Source of the DNA: Thermoplasmata archaeon
GTDB taxonomy: Archaea; Thermoplasmatota; Thermoplasmata; Lutacidiplasmatales; UBA184
Direction: 5' to 3'
DNA length: 64,000 nt
NCBI GenBank assembly: GCA_022750435.1
Contig: JAKIVS010000010.1
Coordinates: forward strand, 3,912-67,911
The translations under genes and the position numbers were made by a program. Under the pieces are notes generated by a model. That model ran no database searches. It was not told the DNA's origin and saw only the letters and a program-made list of their open reading frames with translations. This document shows, piece after piece, positions 1-10,250 of the stretch (within the stretch, counting starts at the first letter, position 1; every line of letters starts with the position of its first letter).

Positions 1-2124
1 ATCCCGTTCGTCCACCGGTTCCTCTACGACAAGGGGCTCGGACTGACCATCGGGTTCGAGGCCGAACCCGTCGCGGAGGACGTCCGCCGCGGCTACACGG
101 TGCCAACCGTCGTCCGCGTCGTCCCCGACCCGGAGGGTCGGCCGGACATCCGGCCCGTCGACCCGTTCCGACCGCCGATGACGACCCTCTCCTTCGACAT
201 CGAGAACTCGATCCGGACCCGGACGATCTTCACGATCTGCGGCGTCGTCCAGCGCGCGGACGGGACCCGAGGGACGTTCCGGCTCGCCGACCCGGACGAA
301 CGGAAGATCCTCGAGGGATTCGTCCGCGTCGTTCGCGAAGAGGACCCGGATGTCATTACCGGCTACAACATCGGCGGCTACGACCTGCCGCTGATGCTGG
401 AACGGGCCGGGGTGCTCGGCCACCTTCCGCTGGCGTTCGGCCGGGACGGCTCCGTCCCGCGCGAGGCCGGCGAGCGGCTCTGGAGAATCCCAGGCCGGGT
501 CGTGGCGGACGCGTGGTGGTCGGCCCGTCGTGAGCTGCGACCGAAGCAGGAGTCCCTGGAATTCGTCAGCAAGCTCCTCCTCGGCGACAAGAAGCTCGAC
601 GTCGACCGCCGCAACATCGACGCGGCGTGGGCGGCAGACCGGGAGAAGGTCATCGAGTACTGCGAACACGACGCGGACCTCGCCCTCCGGATCGTGCAGA
701 AGCTCCGCTCCGTCGACAAGGCGGCGGACATGGCCACGGTGGCCCACCTGCCCCTCGAGGAGGGCCTCAACGGCCGAACCTCCCAGTTCATCGACGCGAT
801 GCTGATCCCGCGCGCCGACCGCCGTCACGTCGGCGTGCCGCCCACGCAACGGATGCGCCGCGACAACCCGATCGAGGGGGGCTACGTGCATGCGATCCGG
901 CCCGGGATCTACGCCTGGGTCGTCGTGCTCGATTTCAAGTCGATGTACCCGTCGATCATCATCGACCGGAACATCTGCTTCACGACCCTCAATCCGCAGG
1001 GGACCTCCATCAGCCCCTCGGGGGCCCGGTTCGTCTCCGCGGACGTCCGTGTCGGCCTTGTTCCGGAGATCCTTCGCGAGCTGCTCGCCGACCGGGACCG
1101 ATTCCGCCGCCAGTTGGCGGAGGCGACCACCCCGGACGGGAAGCTCTACTTCGACGGTCTCCAGAACGCGGTCAAGATCCTGATGAACTCGTTCTACGGC
1201 GTCCTCGCCTCGAGCTTCTACCGGTTCACGGACAAGGAGATCGGCGCGGCGATTACGTCGTTCGCCCGCGAGGAGATTACCTCGATCATCCGCGCGCTCG
1301 AGGCGGACGGCAGCGAGGTCGTCTACTCCGACACCGACTCGGTGTTCGTCCGGTCCCCGACGCCGGGGTTGGAGGCGTCCCGGGCCTTCGGCGAGTCGAT
1401 CTCGAAGCGGTTCACCCGCTCGGGGGTCACCTTCGAGTTCCAGTCGGTGTTCGAGGCGTTCTTCTCGCACGGGGCGAAGAAGCGGTACGTCGGACGGACC
1501 GCCTGGCCGAAGGAGGAGATGGTCATCCGCGGCTACGAGACCCGGCGGACCGATGCGTTCGACTTCCAGTCCGAGGCGCTCCTCGAGGTGTTCGACCTCG
1601 TCCTCGCGGGGAACACCGAGAAGGCCGTGCAGCGCTCGCGGGAGCTCGTCCAGCAGTGCGCCCGGGGTGAAGTCCCTCCGGAGCGGCTCGTTATCGCGCG
1701 CTCGGTGCGCGCGGAGTCCGAATACAACGAGGGGACGAAGGACGCCCTCCCGTTCCTCCGGGTGTTCAAGCAGCTGAAGCAAGAGGGGTACGACGTGATC
1801 CCGGGGATGAAGGTGGCGTGGATCGTCACCGACGCCCGGCGCAGCCCCCAGGAGATCGAGCCCTGGCGCGCTGGTCGGCCCTCCCTCAAGCCTCCGGACT
1901 ACGCCTACTACGCCGAACGAGTCGCGCAGACTCTTGCCCGGGTGACGGAGGTCTTCGACTGGGACGCCGCCGCCTTGCTCCGGGGGAGCCATCAGCGCCG
2001 GCTCGTGGAGGAGACTCCGGCCGCCCCGGCGAGTCCGGAGGCGGCGACCCTCGACACGCCGGTCGGGGATGCGGCGAAGGCGCCGAAGCGCCGCCGCCCC
2101 ACGTCGCTCGCCGACTTCGGCTAA
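1..2124 (+). CDS. polB: Family B DNA polymerase (5'-truncated by the window edge)
   Basis: The frame is open from base 1 (IPFVHRFLYD...). Exonuclease motifs are FDIEN, ITGYNIGGYD and YCEHDA. Polymerase motifs are DFKSMYPS, KILMNSFYG, YSDTDS and KKRY. Confidence 0.97.
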   Translation: MPFVHRFLYDKGLGLTIGFEAEPVAEDVRRGYTVPTVVRVVPDPEGRPDIRPVDPFRPPMTTLSFDIENSIRTRTIFTICGVVQRADGTRGTFRLADPDERKILEGFVRVVREEDPDVITGYNIGGYDLPLMLERAGVLGHLPLAFGRDGSVPREAGERLWRIPGRVVADAWWSARRELRPKQESLEFVSKLLLGDKKLDVDRRNIDAAWAADREKVIEYCEHDADLALRIVQKLRSVDKAADMATVAHLPLEEGLNGRTSQFIDAMLIPRADRRHVGVPPTQRMRRDNPIEGGYVHAIRPGIYAWVVVLDFKSMYPSIIIDRNICFTTLNPQGTSISPSGARFVSADVRVGLVPEILRELLADRDRFRRQLAEATTPDGKLYFDGLQNAVKILMNSFYGVLASSFYRFTDKEIGAAITSFAREEITSIIRALEADGSEVVYSDTDSVFVRSPTPGLEASRAFGESISKRFTRSGVTFEFQSVFEAFFSHGAKKRYVGRTAWPKEEMVIRGYETRRTDAFDFQSEALLEVFDLVLAGNTEKAVQRSRELVQQCARGEVPPERLVIARSVRAESEYNEGTKDALPFLRVFKQLKQEGYDVIPGMKVAWIVTDARRSPQEIEPWRAGRPSLKPPDYAYYAERVAQTLARVTEVFDWDAAALLRGSHQRRLVEETPAAPASPEAATLDTPVGDAAKAPKRRRPTSLADFG

Positions 2125-3086
2125 GCCGGCCCGGCGGGCGGCTCCACCGCCGTTGCCGTCCCGTAGGTCCGGGTCCAGGCAGGATGGGCGCCTTGCAGGG
2201 CGAGGATCGCCCCCACCACGGCCAGCGGGATCCCGACCAGGGCGAGCAGCGGCGGCACCTCCCGGAACAACGCCGCCGACAGGAGGAGCGTAAAGACCGG
2301 GATCGTCGCCATCAGGACCGCCGGGAGAACGATCCCGGCTTCCTCGATCGCCCGGAAGTAGAGAGCCGGCGCCACGAAGAAACTTGTCAACCCGAGGGCA
2401 GCCAGGAGGAGACCGGCCGTGACCGACGGGATTCCCAGACCGGGCAGGCCCCCGGGAACGAAGGGCAGGACGAGGAGCGCGGCCAACGCCGCGAACACGG
2501 TGGCGTGCGCGACCACGGCGGAGGTCGGGAGCCGGCGATTCTCCTGCGCCGCCGAGAGGAAGTACACGGCGACAACGAACGGCACGAGGACCGCCACGGC
2601 GGCGGCCGCGTCCGTGAGGGGCCGTACGGTCCCGCTTGCGACAATCGTCAAGGTCGCACCCAGGGTCGCCGCGACCACGCCGCCGAGGAACCACGGGTCC
2701 CGGGCGCGGTGCCGCCCCTCGTTCAGGGCGACCATCACCAGGAACGGGGTGATCACGACGTCGCCGAGGAGCGACAGGAGCGAGGTGTCGACCGGCCCGG
2801 CGAGAAACGTCTCGGCGAGGACGGCGAGCTGCATGGTGAGGAGCAGAGCGACACGCGCCCAGGCCGAGGGCGAACGGAACAGCTGCCGAAACGCCGCGCC
2901 ATGCTTCCCGGCGATGACCCACGTGAGGTAGCCGAGGCCCCCGAAGGCGAACGGCCAGAACAGCAGGCCGGATGGGGGGATCCCGGGGGAAAGGCCGAGG
3001 ACGAAGGCGTAGTAGGCGGCCCAAAGGAACGCGGAGATCAGGGACAGCCCGACCGCCAGCAACCGGCGTCGGAGGTCGGCGTCCAC
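2121..3086 (-). CDS. DMT/EamA-family transporter
   Basis: 321 aa with about 10 hydrophobic helices in two repeats. The C-terminal half has the EamA-like pattern LYFRAIEE...IPVFTLLLSAALFRE. Confidence 0.8.
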   Translation of the reverse strand: MDADLRRRLLAVGLSLISAFLWAAYYAFVLGLSPGIPPSGLLFWPFAFGGLGYLTWVIAGKHGAAFRQLFRSPSAWARVALLLTMQLAVLAETFLAGPVDTSLLSLLGDVVITPFLVMVALNEGRHRARDPWFLGGVVAATLGATLTIVASGTVRPLTDAAAAVAVLVPFVVAVYFLSAAQENRRLPTSAVVAHATVFAALAALLVLPFVPGGLPGLGIPSVTAGLLLAALGLTSFFVAPALYFRAIEEAGIVLPAVLMATIPVFTLLLSAALFREVPPLLALVGIPLAVVGAILALQGAHPAWTRTYGTATAVEPPAGPA

Positions 3087-3136
3087 GCGCCGCCGACGAA
3101 GGTCGGTGCGATAACGGTTCGCGGGGAGGGGCGGAC

Positions 3137-4186
3137 TCAGCTGTAGCCCGCGTACTCGAGGCCGAGGTGGGGGAGGGAGACACCGCTCCCCCGCACGACC
3201 CGACCGAGCACCTGGGCACGTCCCGCACGGGCACGGAGGAGAACCCGGCGGGTGGCGTCCACCGCGCCGGGAGCGACGACGATGACGAAGCCGATGCCCA
3301 TGTTGAACGTCTGGTACATCTCCTCAGGCGCGATCGCGCCCAGCTCCTGCACCCACCGGTAGATTCCGGAGGGGGCGGGCCACCGGTCGAGCTCGAAGCG
3401 GACGTCCGGGCGAAGCCGGACGAGATTGCGCACGCCGCCGCCCGAGATGTGGGCGAGGCCGTGGGTCGAGGCCGCCGAGGCGACCGCTTCCGAGGCCGAG
3501 ACGTAGATTCGACCGGGACGGAGCAGCTCACGGCCGACCGGGAGGCGCGCCCCAGGACGGGGGCGCTGGAGGTCGATCGAGCGTTCTCTCAGGAGACGAC
3601 GGACCAAGGTGAAGCCGTTCGCGTGGAACCCGGCGGCCGGGAGACCGAGAACGACATCGCCCGGTCGGACCCGCCGACCCGTCACCGGTCGGCGGCCTCG
3701 AGGGAAGAACCCCACGGCGGTGCCGCCGAGGTCGATTCCCTTCACGATCTCCGGAACCACGGCCGTTTCGCCTCCGGCGAGCGCGATTCGGCCGGCCCGG
3801 AGTCCGCGGCCGAGGCCGCGGCCGATGGCCGCGAACGCCGTGGGGTTGGGCGTTTCGCAGAGGACGCAGTCGACGAGCACCGAGGGGCGGGCGCCAACGG
3901 CCGCGAGGTCGTTGACGTTCACCTGGACGATGTCCTCGCCCACCCCCTCCCAGTCCCCGAGCTCCTCGGCGAGTCGGACTTTCGTCCCGACCGTGTCCGT
4001 GGTGATGGCGAGCGTCTCGCGTCCGATCCGAACGAGGCCGGCGTAGTGACCGGGGAGGTCGAGAAGGCGGCCGGACGTCGCCGGCGGCCGGTACTTCGTC
4101 CCGGCGAGAAGCGCCCGCAGGGATTCGGAGACCGAACCCCGGTCGACGCCGGAACGTGCGTAGGTCCAGCGGCGTCCGCGGGCCAT
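3137..4186 (-). CDS. purM: Phosphoribosylformylglycinamidine cyclo-ligase (AIR synthetase)
   Basis: Motifs TYARSGVD, TDTVGTK, VNDL, GGETA, GFHANGFTLVR, HISGGG and EMYQTFNMGIG. Start trimmed to the ATG at 4186. Confidence 0.95.
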   Translation of the reverse strand: MARGRRWTYARSGVDRGSVSESLRALLAGTKYRPPATSGRLLDLPGHYAGLVRIGRETLAITTDTVGTKVRLAEELGDWEGVGEDIVQVNVNDLAAVGARPSVLVDCVLCETPNPTAFAAIGRGLGRGLRAGRIALAGGETAVVPEIVKGIDLGGTAVGFFPRGRRPVTGRRVRPGDVVLGLPAAGFHANGFTLVRRLLRERSIDLQRPRPGARLPVGRELLRPGRIYVSASEAVASAASTHGLAHISGGGVRNLVRLRPDVRFELDRWPAPSGIYRWVQELGAIAPEEMYQTFNMGIGFVIVVAPGAVDATRRVLLRARAGRAQVLGRVVRGSGVSLPHLGLEYAGYS

Positions 4187-4246
4187 CGTACTCGACGGTC
4201 GAGCGGTGGGTCGCCTAAGAGCCTTGGCGTCGCGGGCGGCGCGAGG

Positions 4247-4252
4247 CTTAAT
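4247..4252 (+). promoter_or_regulatory. Putative TATA box for pyrC in the divergent purM/pyrC gap
   Basis: CTTAAT is an AT island in GC-rich DNA, about 23 nt upstream of the ATG at 4275. Confidence 0.45.
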
Positions 4253-4274
4253 CTCCCGCGTCCTCCGGCCGTCG

Positions 4275-5597
4275 ATGCCGGGCGACTTCGAGCGGGTCGT
4301 CGTTGGACGAAGCTGGATGCGGGGAACGCTCCAGAACGTCGAGATCGGGATTGACCAGGACGGCCGGATCCGGCGCATCGCGAAGGACCTCCGGTCGAGT
4401 GGCGACCGGGTGGACTTGGGCGAAATGGTCGTGCTTCCTGCCGCGACCGACCTCCATGCCCACTTCCGCGACCCCGGAGGACCGGAGGCCGCCGAATCGT
4501 TCGCCACCGGGACGGAGGGCGCCGCGCTTGGAGGAGTCGGGACCGTCGTCGACATGCCCAACACGGTGCCCCCCGTCACGGACCGGGAGCGCTGCGAAGC
4601 GAAGGCGTCCCTCGCCCACGGACGGCTCGCCGTCGACGTCGTCCTGTTCGGTTCCGCCCGGAGCGCGCGGTCGATCCGCTCCCTCGCGCCGGTCGCGGGC
4701 GGGTTGAAGCTCTACCTCAGTCCCACGACCGAGGTCGACGACGGATTCGACCCGGCCCACCTCCCCGAAGTGCTGGAGGCCGCGGCCGCCTCGGGCCTTT
4801 CCCTGTCGGTCCACGCCGAGTGGCCCGCCGCGTTCTCGCACGACCCGACCCCTCCGACCTCGTCCGAGGACTGGAACCGGGCGCGTCCGCCCGCCGCGGA
4901 GACGGTGGCGGTCGAGCGGGTGTGTCAGGCATCCTCCGCCCTCCGACTTCACATCGCCCACGTGACGCTCGGGAAGAGCGCGATCCGGATCGCCGAGGCG
5001 AACTTCTCCTGCGAGGCGACGCCGCATCACCTCCTCCTGGCGACCCGTTCCGACGACTCCGCCCTCCGGAAGACGAACCCGCCCCTCCGGTCCGAGACCG
5101 ACCGCGCTCTCCTTTGGGCGGAGTTCGTCGCCGGCCGCATTCCGATCCTCGCCAGCGACCACGCCCCGCACCATGCGAACGCGAAATCGCTCCCGTTCGA
5201 CAAGGCTCCGAGCGGAGTCCCGGCCGTGGAGACGATGCTGCCCCTCTTCCTCGACCTCGCCCGCTCGGGCGCCGTCCCGCTTCCCGTCGTGATCGCCGCC
5301 GCGATGGAGCGCCCGGCCCGGTGGCTCGGCCTCCCCGTCGGCCGGATCGCCCCCGGACACCGCGCGAACCTGATCGCGGTCGACTTCCGTTCGCGACGGA
5401 AGATCCAGGGAGCCCGCCTGCGGTCCCCGGCCGGCTGGTCCCCGTTCGAGGGACGGTACGCGGTGTTTCCGCACTGGCACGCCCGCGACGGTGTCACGAT
5501 CGTCGACGGCGGCGAGTGGGTCGGTCGGCCGACGGGTCGGGTGGTCCGGCCGGAGTACGCTCCCGTCGCCCCGCCGACCCGAATCCGGACGGCGTAG
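4275..5597 (+). CDS. pyrC: Dihydroorotase (amidohydrolase family)
   Basis: Motifs DLHAHFRDPG, GGVGTVVDMPNT, EATPHHL, KTNPPLR and ASDHAPH. Start trimmed to the ATG at 4275. Confidence 0.9.
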   Translation: MPGDFERVVVGRSWMRGTLQNVEIGIDQDGRIRRIAKDLRSSGDRVDLGEMVVLPAATDLHAHFRDPGGPEAAESFATGTEGAALGGVGTVVDMPNTVPPVTDRERCEAKASLAHGRLAVDVVLFGSARSARSIRSLAPVAGGLKLYLSPTTEVDDGFDPAHLPEVLEAAAASGLSLSVHAEWPAAFSHDPTPPTSSEDWNRARPPAAETVAVERVCQASSALRLHIAHVTLGKSAIRIAEANFSCEATPHHLLLATRSDDSALRKTNPPLRSETDRALLWAEFVAGRIPILASDHAPHHANAKSLPFDKAPSGVPAVETMLPLFLDLARSGAVPLPVVIAAAMERPARWLGLPVGRIAPGHRANLIAVDFRSRRKIQGARLRSPAGWSPFEGRYAVFPHWHARDGVTIVDGGEWVGRPTGRVVRPEYAPVAPPTRIRTA

Positions 5598-5603
5598 GAG
5601 CCG

Positions 5604-5620
5604 CCGAAACTCCCTTAAGC
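5604..5620 (+). promoter_or_regulatory. Putative BRE + TATA promoter of the ABC transporter operon
   Basis: CCGAAACTCCCTTAAGC has a purine-rich BRE-like part followed by CTTAAG, about 32 nt before the ATG at 5652. Confidence 0.55.
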
Positions 5621-5651
5621 CCGGGGAGAACCGGCGACGTGGAACGGACCG

Positions 5652-6332
5652 ATGACCGACGACGTGGTGGTCGAGGGACGCGACGTGTGGAAGACTTACG
5701 GGACCGGCGAGACGGCCGTCACGGCGCTCCACGGCGTCGACGTCCAGATCCGGCGCGGGGAGATGGTCGCCATCATGGGGCCTTCCGGATGCGGCAAGAC
5801 GACGCTCCTGAACTGTTTCTCCGGGCTCGACGACATCACGAAGGGCACGGTCACGCTCGAAGGCGTCAACATCCATGCGATGAAAGACCGCGAGCGGAGC
5901 GGCTACCGGGCGAAACGCTCCGGCTTCGTGTTCCAATCGTACAACCTCCTCCCCATCCTCTCCGCCGTGGAGAACGTCGAGATGCCCCTCCTGATCGCCG
6001 GCGTCCCCTCCAAGGAGGCCCGGGCGCGGGCGACCAAGATTCTGGAGGAGCTCGGGCTGGGCGACCGCCTCGAACACCGCCCCACGGAGCTTTCCGGGGG
6101 CCAGCAGCAACGCGTCTCGCTCGCGCGGGCCCTCGTCGGCCGTCCCGCGATCGTCTGGGCGGATGAGCCGACCGGAAACCTCGACGCCGAGGGGTCCCAG
6201 CAGGTCACGAACCTCCTGCGGCAGCTGAACCGGGAGTACGGTCAGACCATCGTCGTCGTCACCCACGATGCGGAGGTCGCGGCCGGTTGCGACCGCACGC
6301 TCCGGATGAGCGACGGGCATTTCGTCGACTGA
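5652..6332 (+). CDS. ABC transporter ATP-binding protein, LolD/MacB type
   Basis: Walker [11 protein letters not shown]-loop FVFQSYNL, signature [17 protein letters not shown] and VTHD. Confidence 0.95.
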   Translation: MTDDVVVEGRDVWKTYGTGETAVTALHGVDVQIRRGEMVAIMGPSGCGKTTLLNCFSGLDDITKGTVTLEGVNIHAMKDRERSGYRAKRSGFVFQSYNLLPILSAVENVEMPLLIAGVPSKEARARATKILEELGLGDRLEHRPTELSGGQQQRVSLARALVGRPAIVWADEPTGNLDAEGSQQVTNLLRQLNREYGQTIVVVTHDAEVAAGCDRTLRMSDGHFVD

Positions 6333-6347
6333 CGTCGGTTCCCGGCC

Positions 6348-9275
6348 ATGGCCATCTCCGTCCTCCTCGTCGTTCCGCTGGGGCTCCTCGGCATCGTCCT
6401 GGGGATCTCCGGGCTCCTCGCCGCGACGCACCGCCTCACTTTCCGCATCGCGATGCGGAACGTCCGACGGGGTGGCAGTCGCACGGTGCTCGTGCTGCTC
6501 GGGCTCCTCGTCGGAACCACGATCATCTCGGGCAGCCTCGTCGTCGGCGACACCGTCAACGCGGTCAACGTTCACGGCACCTACCTCGCCTACCAGGGCG
6601 TCGACGAGGCGATCTACAACCAGTCGCTGGTGACGGGCGACTACCAGTTCCTCCCGTACTCGACGTACCTCTCGGTCGCCCACGCCGTCTCCCAGGATCC
6701 CGGGGTCTCGGCGGTCACACCGATGATCCTCGGGACCGCCACGGTGTTCGACCGGACCACCGGCTTACCGCAGCCCGGGCTCAATCTCGTCGGGGCCGAC
6801 CCGAACTCGAGCGGAGCCCTCGGCGACTTCCACGCCGACGACGGCGCCGTGGTGACCGGGCCGAACCCGGGCTCGGTGATCCTCGACGACGTCGCCGCCT
6901 CGGACCTGAACGCGTCCGTGGGCGACCACGTGCGGGTCGTGGGCCGGGTCGGCGTGGAGCTGACGGTCCAGGCGATCGTCTCGGACAACTCCCGGGGCCT
7001 CTTCCTGTTCGGCAGTGACGCGTTCGTGGACCTCGCGGCGGCCCAGGCCATCGAGAACGTCTCGAGCGAGGTGAACGTCGTCGCGGTCACCAACTCCGGC
7101 GGCGCTATCGACGGCGCCGCGAACTCTCCGAACGTCAGCGCGGCGGTCAACACGACCCTCGCCGGCCTCGGGCTCGGCTCCACCCTGAGCGTCCACGACT
7201 GGCTGTCGAACAACCTCAGCCAGGCAGTGCAGTCCGGTTCCTCGCTCGTCACCCTGTTCCTCGTCCTGGGCCTCTTCTCGATCGTCGCCGGGGCGATGCT
7301 GATCGTGGGCATCTTCGTCATGATCGCCGAGGAGCGGAAGGGCGAGATGGGGATGCTCCGGGCGATCGGGCTCGACCGTCGTCAGCTCGTCTACACCTAC
7401 TACTTCGAGGGGCTCGCCTACTCGCTCGGCAGCGCCCTCGCGGGGACGATCCTCGGACTCGGGGTCGGCTTCGGGATCGTCTACGCCTTCGCGACGATCT
7501 TCAGCGGCGGCTCGGTGAGCGCGCTGACGATCCTCGATTCGTTCACGGTCCAGCCCTCCAGCCTCGTGATCGCCTACGTTTCGGGGTTCCTCCTCACTCT
7601 CGTGACGGTCACCGTGGCCTCGAGCCGGGTGAGCCGCCTCAACATCGTCCGCGCGATCCGGTCCATCCCCGAGCCGCCGCCGACGCTCCGGATCTACACC
7701 TACCTCGCCTACCTCGGCGTCCTCGTCACGGCCGTGGGCGGCGTACTGTTCGCCACCACCTTCCAGGGAACCAGCGACGTCACCGACCCGACGATCGGCG
7801 GGGGCCTCCTGATCCTCGGGGGGGCGCTCGTGGCGTCCCGGTTCGTCCCGAACCGCGCCGCGTTCACCGGGATGGCCGTCGCGCTGCTCCTCTGGGGCGG
7901 CCTCGAGCCGCTCCGCCGCGCGATCCTCGGCAGCCACCACTCGGGGACGATCTTCGTCTTCTTCGTCGAGGGGATCCTGATGGTGCTCGGCGCCGTCCTC
8001 CTCTACAGCTTCAACTCCGACGTCGTCGTCGAGGGCGTCGCCCTCCTGTTCCGGGGACGGCCGCGCAGCGTCCCCGTCGCCCGGATCGGCCTCTCCTACC
8101 CGAGTCGCCGGCCGTTCCGGACCGCGATCAACCTGACGATCTTCGGACTCGTGCTCTTCACGATCGTCGGCGTGGCGACGATCGGCTCGTCGATCCAATC
8201 CGGTCTCGACGCGACGATCCAATCGGAGTCGGGAGGGTACACCTTCTTCGCCTACTCCCAGAACCCGATCCCCGACCTCCCCGGGGCGATCGCGAACAAT
8301 TCCACCCTCGCCCACGAGTTCTCCACCGTGGTGCCGCTGGACGGCGGCGCGCTCTCCGCGACCATCCCGGGGTTCGCGGGACCGTTCGTTGACGATGCGT
8401 TCGCCGCGCCGCCCGGCTTGCCGGTGAGCGAGACGATCGCGGGCACCGCGAAATTCAACTTCACCGCCTCGGCCAACGGGAGCTCGTCGGCCGCCGTGTG
8501 GGCCGACCTCGCGGACCAGCCCGGCAGCGTGGTGGTCTCCAACCAGTACAACCCCGGCGGATTCAGCTTCAGCGGCGGGGGCCCGCACCCGTCCACCGCC
8601 CTCGGGTCCCAGTTCGTGCTCGCGAACCCGGACACGGGCGTCCAGACGACCCTCACGGTCATCGGGATCCTCTCCGAGAGTTTCGTCAGCGGATTCTTCC
8701 TCAACCCGGCCACCGCGGCGAAGCTCGGCGTGAACCAGACGAACGCGTTCTTCCTGACGACCTCGGCCGGGGTCTCGGCCGTGACCGCCGCGCAGCACGC
8801 CAAGGCGGCGTTCTTTGCGTTCGGGCTCGTGATCCTCGACTTCGTCCAGGTCCTGCAGTCGAGCATCGCCTCCACGGAGGCGATCATCGGCCTCCTCGAG
8901 GTGTTCGTCGCCCTCGGCCTCGGGGTCGGCATCGCGGCGATGGGGATCCTCGCGCTCCGGGCCGTCGTCGAGCGGCGCGCCGAGATCGGGATGCTGCGGG
9001 CGACGGGGTTCACGCAGGGGATGATCCTGCGCGCGTTCCTGCTCGAATACTCGTTCGTCGCCCTGCTCGGCATCCTCATCGGCACCGCCCTCGGCATCGT
9101 ACTCGACTGGGATGCGAGCCAGGGGGCGATCGGCTTCCTCACCTTCGCCGTCCCGTGGGCGAACCTCGCCACGGTCGTCCTGGCCGCCTACGCCCTGACG
9201 CTGCTCGCGATCCTGGGTCCGTCCCTCAGGGCGGCGCGTCTTCCGCCGGCCGAGGCGATCCGCTACTCCGAGTGA
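6348..9275 (+). CDS. ABC transporter permease with duplicated FtsX/MacB domains
   Basis: 975 aa with two FtsX-type motifs (EERKGEMGMLRAIG and ERRAEIGMLRATG) and two large extracytoplasmic loops rich in N-x-S/T sequons. Confidence 0.9.
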   Translation: MAISVLLVVPLGLLGIVLGISGLLAATHRLTFRIAMRNVRRGGSRTVLVLLGLLVGTTIISGSLVVGDTVNAVNVHGTYLAYQGVDEAIYNQSLVTGDYQFLPYSTYLSVAHAVSQDPGVSAVTPMILGTATVFDRTTGLPQPGLNLVGADPNSSGALGDFHADDGAVVTGPNPGSVILDDVAASDLNASVGDHVRVVGRVGVELTVQAIVSDNSRGLFLFGSDAFVDLAAAQAIENVSSEVNVVAVTNSGGAIDGAANSPNVSAAVNTTLAGLGLGSTLSVHDWLSNNLSQAVQSGSSLVTLFLVLGLFSIVAGAMLIVGIFVMIAEERKGEMGMLRAIGLDRRQLVYTYYFEGLAYSLGSALAGTILGLGVGFGIVYAFATIFSGGSVSALTILDSFTVQPSSLVIAYVSGFLLTLVTVTVASSRVSRLNIVRAIRSIPEPPPTLRIYTYLAYLGVLVTAVGGVLFATTFQGTSDVTDPTIGGGLLILGGALVASRFVPNRAAFTGMAVALLLWGGLEPLRRAILGSHHSGTIFVFFVEGILMVLGAVLLYSFNSDVVVEGVALLFRGRPRSVPVARIGLSYPSRRPFRTAINLTIFGLVLFTIVGVATIGSSIQSGLDATIQSESGGYTFFAYSQNPIPDLPGAIANNSTLAHEFSTVVPLDGGALSATIPGFAGPFVDDAFAAPPGLPVSETIAGTAKFNFTASANGSSSAAVWADLADQPGSVVVSNQYNPGGFSFSGGGPHPSTALGSQFVLANPDTGVQTTLTVIGILSESFVSGFFLNPATAAKLGVNQTNAFFLTTSAGVSAVTAAQHAKAAFFAFGLVILDFVQVLQSSIASTEAIIGLLEVFVALGLGVGIAAMGILALRAVVERRAEIGMLRATGFTQGMILRAFLLEYSFVALLGILIGTALGIVLDWDASQGAIGFLTFAVPWANLATVVLAAYALTLLAILGPSLRAARLPPAEAIRYSE

Positions 9276-9921
9276 ACTTCGGGGGAAATCCCGGCGTCAC
9301 GACGTGGCGCCAGAGGAGTGCGACGTACAGGACGAGACCGACGAGAACGGCCACGGCAACGTAGTCGAGGACACGGAAGGACGCCTCGAGCTCCGACCAG
9401 TGGTGCCCGAGGACGTACCCCGCGTAGATCAGGGCGCCCGTGAAGGGAACCGCCCCGAGGGTCGTGTAGGCCCCGAACTTGGCGGGCGACATGCGGGCCG
9501 TCCCCGCGGGGTAGGAGATGTACGCGCGGACGATCGGAAGGAGTCGCGCGACCCCCACGGTCGGTTCGCCGTGCCGGGCGAACCAGCGGTCCATGGCGGC
9601 GAGATGCTTCGGGTCGAGCCGGAAGCCTCCGGTGCCCGAGCGCTCCAACCACGAGCGCCCGAAGCGACCGAGAGCGTAGGCGCAGAACGCTCCCGTCACC
9701 CCTCCGGCCAGTGCGGCGAGGAACGCCCCCTCGAACGAGTAGACGCCGGAGGCCACGAGAAACCCGGCAAACGGGAGGATCACCTCGCTCGGCAAGGGAG
9801 GGATCCCAAGGCTCTCCACGACCATCAGGGCGAACAGGGCCGGGAGGCCCCCGGCGCGGAGGATGGCCGTCAGAACCCCGACGAGCGTCTCCAGGATTGG
9901 GATCGAGAGCACGCCGGGCAC
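9226..9921 (-). CDS. DedA-family membrane protein
   Basis: Motifs VESLGIPPLPSEVILPFAG, YALGR, WFARHG and ARLLPIVRAYISYPAG. Confidence 0.93.
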   Translation of the reverse strand: MPGVLSIPILETLVGVLTAILRAGGLPALFALMVVESLGIPPLPSEVILPFAGFLVASGVYSFEGAFLAALAGGVTGAFCAYALGRFGRSWLERSGTGGFRLDPKHLAAMDRWFARHGEPTVGVARLLPIVRAYISYPAGTARMSPAKFGAYTTLGAVPFTGALIYAGYVLGHHWSELEASFRVLDYVAVAVLVGLVLYVALLWRHVVTPGFPPKFTRSSGSPRPAEDAPP

Positions 9922-9939
9922 CGCCTCGTGGGTCCGGGG

Positions 9940-10197
9940 TCAACCCGGGGCGGAAGCGTCGAGCACGAGCCGGTACGGGACGCGGAGGGCGGCATTGGTC
10001 CTTGCCGGGACCCCCTCGAACTCGAGCGGGGTCTGGCACCCGCCGCACGCGACGGCGGGGCGCCGTCGACCGAGCGCGATCGAGAGCGAAATTCCCGCCT
10101 CGATCTCCTTCACGCGGCCCGGCGCTTCGGAGAGGTCCCGATGGAGCTTCGCGAGGAGGGCCTCCTCGGCGGTCTCCGGGACGGACGGGCTGGTCAT
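9940..10197 (-). CDS. Small hypothetical protein with one CxxC
   Basis: 85-aa ORF filling the gap between co-oriented genes, with CGGC. No family recognised. Confidence 0.5.
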   Translation of the reverse strand: MTSPSVPETAEEALLAKLHRDLSEAPGRVKEIEAGISLSIALGRRRPAVACGGCQTPLEFEGVPARTNAALRVPYRLVLDASAPG

Positions 10198-10250
10198 CGT
10201 TCCGTTTCACTCCGTCGGGGCGTATAACACCGAGCGCCGCCCGGGGCCAC

